A stretch of 64,000 bases of DNA. Origin: Blasia pusilla (lineage: Eukaryota). The translations under genes and the position numbers were made by a program. Numbering within the stretch: the first letter of the stretch is position 1; each line of letters opens with the position of its first letter. Location: assembly GCA_050084515.1 (NCBI GenBank), contig CM114271.1, forward strand, positions 14,880,001 through 14,944,000, read 5' to 3'. The notes beneath the pieces were generated by a model. The model worked only from the letters and a program-made list of their open reading frames with translations. It ran no database searches and was not told the origin of the DNA. Shown here piece after piece: positions 50,695-60,260 of the stretch.

Positions 50695-53600
50695 TGTCAC
50701 GACTATTATAATAGATTGGTGGGATCTAGAAGAGCGTCTGCACGAGAAGTGGAGGACATGCCGAGGAGGTTGAGGATGACCTGTTGAGGCCCTGGGAAAC
50801 CTGGGAGAGTAGTTTTCCCCATTCGTTTCGGCTCATTTGGAGCCATATTGAAAAACTTACTATTTTGAGTAAGTTTCCATATTGGGATAGTTGACTTTCC
50901 ACTTTGGGAAGTGGACGTTGAGTCGCTACAGCAGGTCAAGAGCGAAGGAGATGACCTGCAAGCATAAGTTAATGTTGAGAGGGCTTAGGAGAGGGAAGGG
51001 GGTATACCTCCAAGAGGGAGAGAGCTTGAGAGCTCATTCTCTCTTCGTTGAACCTCTTGGCATAAGCGGACGGAGCTATGGTCCCTTGCCTTGTGAGTGT
51101 AATCCACCAAGCCTCTCATTAGGAGAGTGGATTTGGTTTGACATGAGAGAGAGTGCACACCTTTGAGAGCTATGGTGTGAGATGGTGTAGAGAGAGATTG
51201 GCTCTTACTTTACGAAGAGAGAATGAGAGAATGAGAGAGTGAGAGAACTTCATGGAGGAGCTCGCTGGTCACTCGCTGCTTTTGCAGGTTCGGGACCGTG
51301 TTCCTCATTCAGCACTCTTGAGAGAACTATGTAGCTTGCTAATTTGTATTTTTATAGGTTTTACATTTTTGTTGGGAGAAATCAGCGCGGAAGCGCTACC
51401 AAATTTTGTGTAGGAGAAAGAGACATTGGGCTTTACAATAGTCCCTTTCGATTGACCATAATAAACATTGGGCTTTACAATAGTCCCTTCCGATTCAAAA
51501 TATTTTTTGATGTTGTTGTAGATCGTGAAGCTGTGCACGATGTGCAATAAACAATGCACAATTTAGAGTTGTGAGCAAAAAGTTATGGTCAATCTTGCAA
51601 AGCTGCTATTGCTATGTGATTTTTAGGGTTAAATTGTTCAAACCCTAAATCAACCGCTACGCCGGCGGCGGCCGTTGCCATCATAGTCACCATCAAGGAT
51701 CAACATTCACCATCACCTTCATCTTCAATCGTCACCGTCACCGTCACCGTCGCTGGTAAATGGTCAATCGTCACTGTCAATGGTCAACCGTCACCGTCAC
51801 CGGTCGGCCGTCACCATCAACGGTCAACCATCACCGTCAACGATGCACTGTCTGTTGTCCAATCTTTGGTTGCCATTGCCACTTGTACGGAGTGGAGGGT
51901 CTTCCATGATGTTCGTTGATTCTCCGACTTGCGTCGCCACCACATATTTTGTTTTGGCCGCCACCGTCATCGTAGTTTCGTCATCAACCAGTGATGGCAG
52001 ATGACCTCCGGTTATGGTGTTTGAGTTTAGATTTCATGCTGCTATGTTGTGATTGGTAGCCACTAGATGACAATCGAGAAGTGTGCCGTGATGCTTGTAG
52101 CTGCAATGCGCCGCCGATTGTTGCGCCGTGCTACTCGTGGCCGCACGGCACAATCTCGATCTCGGAACCGCTCCTTCACTAAGGAGCAGACCATGTGAAT
52201 TTCTGATTGAGGAGGGTATGCCGTCAAGTGTTGCATCCCACTCCCAAGTGTTGTGTTGTTTATAGCCGTTTCGTGCCGCGAGTGCTGCATCGAACCGCTC
52301 GACTTGCACCGCATATCGAGGAGGTTGAGCAGCGTCAGTACAAGAGGAGTATGACTTGCTGATTGGAGGAGTTGTGTTCACGATCGAGTTGGGGTCGAGA
52401 TTTGTAGTTGTTGAGGAGCGACATCGACATGTATTCAGGTTACCCATTCTGATTCTGTACCTTGCACGTGTGAGGGATTGTGGGATTTGGGTAGTTTATT
52501 TGGGGATGTTGGGTTGTGTGGATGCTGAGAGCATCATTCATGTATGTGGTTTAGGGGACATAGACGTATGTGGGATGTCCATAGTTGAGGGTAGGTTGTC
52601 GATGAGATGATAGCCTGGTCGATTTTCCGCACCACGCCGCGTGTTGCCCTACGTAACACGTCTCGGGGAGGGAGAGTGTAGATCGAGTGCCGCATGTTTG
52701 GGATGAGTGATTGAGGGATTACTCGCGAGGTTGAGAGTGATTGGGTGAGAGGGGCACGAGGGTCATCACGGATTCTGTTTGGGACTTTGAGAGGCGAGGT
52801 GGTGAACCCGAGACTAGCTCTAGAGGTTTTACGCAGAGAGGCGCGAGGTTCCAAGGGTCTCCACATGAGGGACCACCTCGACCTCCTTCTATGTCATCGT
52901 CAGACAAGGGGGAGGGTGTAGAGGAGTTTGTGAGCACATCGCCACACATTGTGCATGGTCCTACCAGTTGGGCGTACGAGATGGACGACCGGGATAGAAG
53001 ATCGCGTAGGTTTTCAGGTGCAATAGGCATGATTGAATTGCATAATTTCATGGCAGAGTTTAGGAGTTGGTACGACTCCCAACGGGCCAGGAACTCTAGA
53101 GAGTTTAACCCATTTACAACTTGGAATGATATTGTTTGAGCATTTAGAGAGGGCGCCCATGGACGATTACCATAAGTTCTCTCATAGATATGCCTAGGAG
53201 ATTGAGGCGTGGAGGCTCTACTATGACCCACATTAGGTGTCATGGACGGAGCCATTCCCAGATGAGGAGGAGGAGGAGTCAAGAGAGGCTAATTCCTCTT
53301 CCACTAGTGACGGTTTAGGAGGGGTCACTCGCACTGGAGAAGTTGCACAGTCTAGTCGGGTTCGTCCTAGGTTCAACCCTGTGGTTGAATTCTTTGCTGA
53401 GTTGAGGGCGAGCTACCAAGGGGTATGGACGGAGAAGTTGCGGAGCATCCACAACTTCCAGAGGTGCCTAGGTGAGAGTTTGCGTGAGGCTTACACTAGC
53501 TTGCGCCGGTTGATCTACGTCACTCAAGGGGTGACAGAGGCTTAGGCTATCCAATCATGGTACGCGATGCTAGACCGGACCCTACGGACACGGATGCGGG

Positions 53601-55734
53601 AGGGGGTCCTTCTTATGAACACCTCCTCTATGTTGAGAAATGTTTTTAGGACCGCCGAGAATATTGAGCGCAACATGGCGGAGGAGAGCGTAGCCACCAT
53701 GGGTTTTGGGCGAGAGCAGTAATGATTGGCTGCACCACATGTGCAGCAACGTGGACTCCAGGATAGGTCGAGTGTGACACCACGAGCTCAGGGAGGATAC
53801 CGAGAGGTCGTGCCACAGAGACCTGTGCCTTCATATGGGGCTCAGCATCAGCCGCCTACTATTACTTGTTGGTCATGTGGTGGAGCCCATCATCAATACG
53901 ATTGCACTTGTCAAGGTCATGGACGTGTGCCTCAGCATGGAGGAGGAGATGGTGCTGCACCAGGAGGTTATCCGTGTGATTATTGTCAAAGGTATGGTCA
54001 TATATGCGCCAGGTGTTTCAGTTTACATCATGAGTTACGTCCGGATCGAGGGCCAGAGAGGGCACCAGAGTGAGTAGCCGGTCTGGATGGGCCTAGAGAT
54101 CGTGCACCAAGTGGTCCATCCATAAGCCGCTGTCTCCCTTGGCGCGTCTAGGTGGTGGTACTCAACCTCCTCCACGGGCAGCTCCACCACCCTATCGGAC
54201 AACTCCAGCTCCTCGTCCCCAAACGGGTACCACCACCTAGAGACAGCGGACATAAGGCTGGGATGGTTGCATAGATACAACAGCTACCGGAGTAGATTGC
54301 TGCTATGGCATTGAGGTTACTTGATGCCGGATCCGTGGCATCGACATCATATGGAGCAGCCGGAGATATGGAGGATCCAGGTTCGATGTCCAGGGTTGCT
54401 CAGATGGACGCCGCCGTAGTTGTGATGCGTGGAGCAGCCACAAAGTTGGATCCACACCAAGGGGAAGCCAAAAAACATACTAGACTTCCTCAATCTTTCA
54501 CATTGTCCGAACCGATGAGGACCCCATCGATGGGTCCTCATCAAAGTTCCTGGAGAGTTGGTGATGTTTTTGGTGTGTAGGCATAGAGGGCGATGGGAGA
54601 AGCGAGTGCGACGACTCTTATTGTTGATGCTCATGAGGGGCATGTGTCGAGCACATTGTTGGGGGCAACCACCGTGGTGTACCGCACTCCTTGATTTTTT
54701 GGTTTCGATGTTATGATGTTTGGGGGTATGCCCGCCGAGGCTTTTCGGCTGGTCGCTTCACTATGTGAGCTGGAGTTGGAGTTCCTGCATAACGTCCAGA
54801 GGTGATTGCAGAGGAGGTGATAGACATGCCCTTGGAGCGGATGCTCGGGTCGTCCACGTCAGATTTATGGCAGGCTGCAAGTGCTAGGATGGCGGAGATG
54901 CCCACTTGACCCGTGATAGAGCGTGCCATGGCTTCTCCTGGTGTTGTGATGTTGGATAACCAATGATAGGTCTTCCAATTGGTGAGTCCCGGAGGTAGAG
55001 CTTTTAGTCCGCAGCGCGTCTTGTTGGATTCAGGAGCCCAACCCCTAATGTTGGGGAAAGCGTCATTTAGAGGATTGGGCTTGACGAGAGCCGATGTGGA
55101 GCGTTTTCCATTCCGAATACAAACATCCTTGGGTGGAGCGAGTACCACATAATATATCACCTGACATGAGGTCGTGGTGAGCATTTTCTCGAGACATCCT
55201 ACATATGAGTGTGTGGTGCGAGGCAAGGCGATAGTGACTGATGCAGAATCCTACGACGTCTTGGTTGGTGGAGCAATGTTATGCCCGATGGGGTTTTCCT
55301 TGGATTACTAGGAGGAGTCAGCGTCCTACAGACCAGGATGGCAGTCAAGTGATGGGCGCCTTAGCTCATTACCCGTTCGATTCACAGGTGCAGTGATCGA
55401 GCGACGGCCGGGAGAGGTGACAACCTTAGCAGCATTTAGCAGTGCCATCACTTAGCCTAGTGATTTGATTGAGGGACATGTCCATGCAGAGGATACTAGT
55501 GTTCCTGACATTTCTATGGAGAGGAGTGTTATGGTAGCCGCATCATTCCGTGGAGGAGAGGTGCCTTTGTGGGGCTCGACCGAGGAGCTTCCACGATTGG
55601 CAAATGAGCACGTGTAGACCACGTGGAGCGAGACGTTTGCACCGGAGCGTGACGGGTCTGAGGAACCCGGGGTAGCAGGGAGTGCTATAATGACACCCTT
55701 GGATACCACACCCATTGTATGGTGTATCTCGGAG

Positions 55735-56690
55735 GAGGGTATTCGAGTGTTAGATCTTGATCTTTGGAGGGATTAGCATCGGGTTTAGGAGTACGAGTGC
55801 AACAATACATGTATGTGGAGAGTGATGATGTTACAAGGCGTGTCTCATTATGACATGTGGCACAATTATGCCTACGTTTTCCTAACTTATTTTCTACGTC
55901 CGTGGTAGAGGGGTGCTAGAGTTCCCTTCCAAGGGATATCTCGTTGTTCGGGACGCAAGACTTAGAGCGGGTAGAGACCATTGATTTGGTCATTGCCGGT
56001 TGGCCATATCATGGCCAATGGAGTGGTGGACAACTTTAGGGCTCAGTGGGTTGGATGACACTCAGTCCAGGTTATTTTGGAAGATGTTGAGGGTCTTACA
56101 GCAGTTGGAGGATCACCAATCTTGTTCTCCAACATACATTCTGGAGAATGTGCCGATCTTAGAAGACTCCAGGTCACGGGTGGTGACGAGTGCTCATCAG
56201 GTGCGTGCCTGGATCGGCCCAACAATGTTCTTGGATGCAGCGAGTGTAGGTTATAGGTCCTAGCCCATCGCCCGCGTCTATGGTGGACCAACTTGGTGCC
56301 CCATGCGTTGTTACAGAGGGGATATGCGAGAATGGAGCGCCTTCCCATTTGTAAGTGGATTCCATTCTCGATCAAGGTCGTCGATCACAGGAAGTGAGGC
56401 ACGATGATCAACCACCGTTGACTATGGTCAACAGGGTAGGCAGGCCATGGGCAGCCTTGCTCACGTCTGTGAGTTTTCCCGCTTCCTATGCATACAAGGA
56501 GGCCGATCCTGGCTTGGTTTGGGATGACCTGGTTCAACGGTTGGTGAAGCCCAACGCCGACGAGAGAGAGCGAGCCCACAGGACCGACGGCTTTATTGTC
56601 AGTGTCAGAGGCATCACGACGCCATGTCTTGGGTCAGGAGATGGACTTGAACTGCTTGACATGGATCCTCAGCTTGGGAGTGGCTGAGCA
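55735..56690 (+). pseudogene. DNMT3-like domain of B3 (motifs I-X, degenerate)
   Basis: IRVLDL..FGG, YMYVESD, IDLVIAGWPYHG (catalytic Cys mutated, TGT to TAT), YILENVP, LDAASVG..HRPRLWWTNL, ERERA, SEASRRHVLGQEMDLNCLTWIL. Confidence 0.9.
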
Positions 56691-56769
56691 GCGCCATATG
56701 AGATCGCGACACATCACATCAGTTGCGTTGGTGAGCCCCATGCTTACCGAGACGGTGGAGGTAATGGCT

Positions 56770-56860
56770 GGGAGATATAGATACCATGGGAGATCTAGAC
56801 ACCAGGGGAGATCTAGACACCCGAGGAGATCTAGACACCAGGGGAGATCGGGAGAGACAC
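56770..56860 (+). repeat. 18-bp minisatellite (GGGAGATCTAGACACCAG-like, about 4.5 units)
   Basis: Directly visible tandem units in the DNMT-RT linker of B3. Confidence 0.9.
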
Positions 56861-57861
56861 CCTTGGACTTATTGGGATGTTTTGCAGGTATGCCAATAGA
56901 TGATAGCCACATCATCGAGCGTGTGCCCGGACACTCCACGTGGAGGAGATCAGAGTTTGCAGTTGGTTGTAGGAGAGCGGTCGAGTGTTGTTGTTGGAGA
57001 CGGGGTTGCACCATAGCAACGACCGATACCCGCACCGGAGAGTCCTACCATTGTCACGATAGAGACTTGGGAGCCTGATATAGGCCCTAAATTTACAGGA
57101 GGAGAGCGGCGCCGGATACATCAGTTCCTCATGAGCTATAGGAGTTGCTTTGCATTTAGCATGGAGCATTTGGATATGCTCAAGCGACCCGGGATCCGCA
57201 TTGAGTTGTCGAGTGATACGACGATCTTCCGACGATCCTACAGGTAGAGTGATATGGAAAGGGCTCTGATTCAGAGTAGAAGCCAAGACTTGGTCGGAGT
57301 AGGACTAGTGGAGATATCGCATGGGGAGTATACATTTGCCACTATCATACCCGCCTAGAAGGATGTGCATGGCAAGTAGACGGATAGGCGGATGTGTGGG
57401 GATTACCGACCTATGAATCGGCACACGAAGTCTGATAAGTATGCCATGCCCACCCCTGAGGAGATCTTTGATGCGTTGGTCAAGCAAAGGTCTTCAATTC
57501 ATTGGATTTGTGAGCTGGATTCCATCAGCTCCCTATCAGATTGGAGGACAGGCACAAGACGGTATTTTGGGGCATCGATCCTCACGGGAAGGATTATTTT
57601 TACAAGTGCCGATTCTTACCATTTGGGTTAAAGAATGCCCCGACAAAGTTTCAGAGGGTCATGGATAGGATCTTGGCTAGTCTGGATTTTGCTAGGTGTT
57701 ATATTGATGATATCGTAGTCTTTAGCGCCACGGTTGAGGAGCATGAGCGACATCTAGAGAAGGTGTTTGACAATTGCAATAACATGGGCTGAAGTTACAT
57801 CCAGGAAAGTGCAAGTTCTTCTACAATCAGATTGAGTACTTGAATCATACAATATACCCAG

Positions 57862-58314
57862 GGGGCCCTTCATTGTGGCCCTCAACCCGACTCCACTTAC
57901 AGTCGTTTTCGGGTTGTATCTCGGCCGCTGCTTATGCGTTTGCAGCGATCTTTGGTGCGTTTGGACCGGCTCTCCATAAGCTTTCCAACACACTCTTATT
58001 TTCTCCAAACGCATCTTGGCGCTAAAAAGTTATGACCATAAATACAGTCGGAAACTTTCAAACGCTAGTGGCGTTCCAAATCCGGATCTTTCCTTTGGCA
58101 ACCCACTTCCTAGACTCGACTTCTTTCAAGTCTCATTCCACGTTTGGTCCAGGTTTCTCAGTCGTGACCATAACATCTGAAACGCGACTCCTCGCTCCCG
58201 TCTCGTCTCTTGTCTCCTCTTTGAGACAACTCCAACGCGCAAACCATCTTAGCGTGAGCCCGCTAATGTTCCGATGTTCCGCTTGGCACTTGTTTGGTCA
58301 TGAGGGTCGCGACA
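57862..58314 (-). repeat. Family C LTR fragment inside B3
   Basis: Matches 63236-63687 and ends CATGAGGGTCGCGACA on the plus strand. Left edge is fused to B3 RT through GGGCC. Confidence 0.9.
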
Positions 58315-59480
58315 TGCAGACTGAGGTTTAGTAGTTTGTTGCCACGTGCATGGTGTGTGATCGGGTCTGTGCATCCTTGAATGCTCTGACTCCATAGTTG
58401 CATCCATTACCGATCATGGGCTTGGGGTATAAATGGAGTTTGGATTTTGCAAGACCTTTGCCTTTGATAGAGCGACACAATCGTTATGTGTTGGTGATGG
58501 TCGAGCACTTCTCGAAGTGGATCGAGTTGGTTGCATTTCCTGACAAAGCAAGTGAGGGAGTAGCTTATGCCTTCCTTGACAGAGTGTTGAGTCATTATGG
58601 TGCACTGACTGAGGTGTTGACAGACCTGGTTATCGAGTTTCGTGGTGAGTTCCCGGCCTTGTGTGATCAGGCGCTGATCGACCACTACACGACTTTGCCA
58701 GATCCTCCCGAGGCGGATGGATTAGCGGAGAGAATTTTGAAGACGGTGAAGTGCGGGTTATGCAAGTATGGCTTGCGGAGAGGTCACCTAGGAGATTGGG
58801 ACCTCCAGTTTTCGTGGTTGGCGATGAGATACAGATTTAGCAGGCATGTATCCTTAGCATATTTTTCACCGTACTTGCTACTTTATGGCCGAGAGCCAGA
58901 TTTACCTACGGCCATTCGTCGAGATGATGGTGAGGTGTTGGACATTGATGACCCAGGTGTATGGATGTGAGCATGTTCTCAGAGGGCTGAGTTGTTTTGG
59001 AGAGTGATGTCCATGGCGTTCGAGAACTTGGCGATTGCGCATCATCGGGATAAGTTGAGGTATGTGAGTATTCGGGATGGTGGTTATCGACCAACTATCC
59101 GGAGGTTTCATCAAGGAGATTATGTCTACTTGCAGCAGACAACACCGACGACGTTGGATGTGATTGCAGGGCGCACTATCCTGAGAGTGCATGACATTTT
59201 GCCATCTGGTGTTTTCTTGCTGGAGGGACGCGATGGTATGGTATGGAAGGACCATGTGTGTAATTGTGCGCCATGTCACCTTCCTAACATTGATGGTACA
59301 GTAGATCCGAGCTCAACAGTAGTTCTTGTAGGCTTGTGTTGTATGTTGTGTGGTTCTGCTCATGGTGCGACCACGATGCTAGTCTGTGATGGATGTTCGA
59401 GAGGTTAGCATATGGCATGTGTGACGCCACCTCTCACTAGGGTTCCTTAGGGACAATGGATGTGTCCCAGATGTACATAG
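58315..59480 (+). pseudogene. Integrase core plus C-terminal PHD finger (right arm of B3)
   Basis: WSLDFA, VEHFSKW, VLTD, ADGLAER, LLYGREP, then CMLC-x11-CDGC-x4-H-x2-C...WMCPRC at 59340-59474. Confidence 0.9.
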
Positions 59481-59798
59481 AGGAGATACTATGAAGGTTT
59501 TGATTCTGAATTTTTCTGTGACATGGATGATAGGAAGGCAACTAACGATGGGGCTACATGAGCACCCGGCCTTTATGCTCTTAGCGTCCTAGGGATCTAT
59601 GTCATGGTAGGTAGGGATAGATGGCTATCTGGAGTTAGAGGGACCTAACCACCAGCTAGGGGGGCGATTGGAGATATTTTGGTACTTCTCGCCTCTGTGT
59701 ATGGATACCATGAGTTAGCATGGGATCGTGTATGTTTGTGTGTGTGTTCGATGACAATGATGTATGTTGTGTAACGATATGTATGCGCACGACATAGA

Positions 59799-60260
59799 GC
59801 ACACCGCCTGCGTCTTTGGTGGACAAACTTGGTACCACACGAGGTGTTGCGGAGGGCATATGCAAGAGTGGAGCACCCCTCGAATTTGTTGGTCGATTCT
59901 ATTCTAGATCTAGGTCTTCGATCAGAGGCAGTACGACACGATGATCAACCGCCGTTGACTGTCTTCATCAGGATTGGCATGCCACAGGCAGCCTTTTCCA
60001 CCTTGGTGAGTTTTTCCGCTTCCTATGCATTTGAGGAGGTCGGACCTGGCTTGGTTTGGGATGACCCGATACAGCGGTTGGTGGAGCCCAACACCGATGA
60101 GCGAGAGCAAGCAATGGGATTCCCCATAGGAGTGATGGCGGTACCGTCACTATCAGAGGCATCACAACGTCATGTCTTGGGTCAGGCGATGGACCTGAAT
60201 TGCTTGACATGGATGTTCAACTTAGGAGTAGCTGAGCAACAATGTTTGCAGATGCAATAG
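59799..60260 (+). pseudogene. DNMT3-like domain of B2, C-terminal part (motifs VIII-X)
   Basis: AHRLRLWWTNL, EREQAMGFP, SEASQRHVLGQAMDLNCLTWMF. Confidence 0.9.

Larger units (their letters stand above)
50695..59794 (+). mobile_element. Family B (DNMT-Gypsy) copy B3 nested in the DNMT domain of B2
   Basis: TGTCAC...CACGACA flanked by TAGA at 50691-50694 and 59795-59798. Holds gag, protease, DNMT, partial RT, integrase and PHD. Confidence 0.9.
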
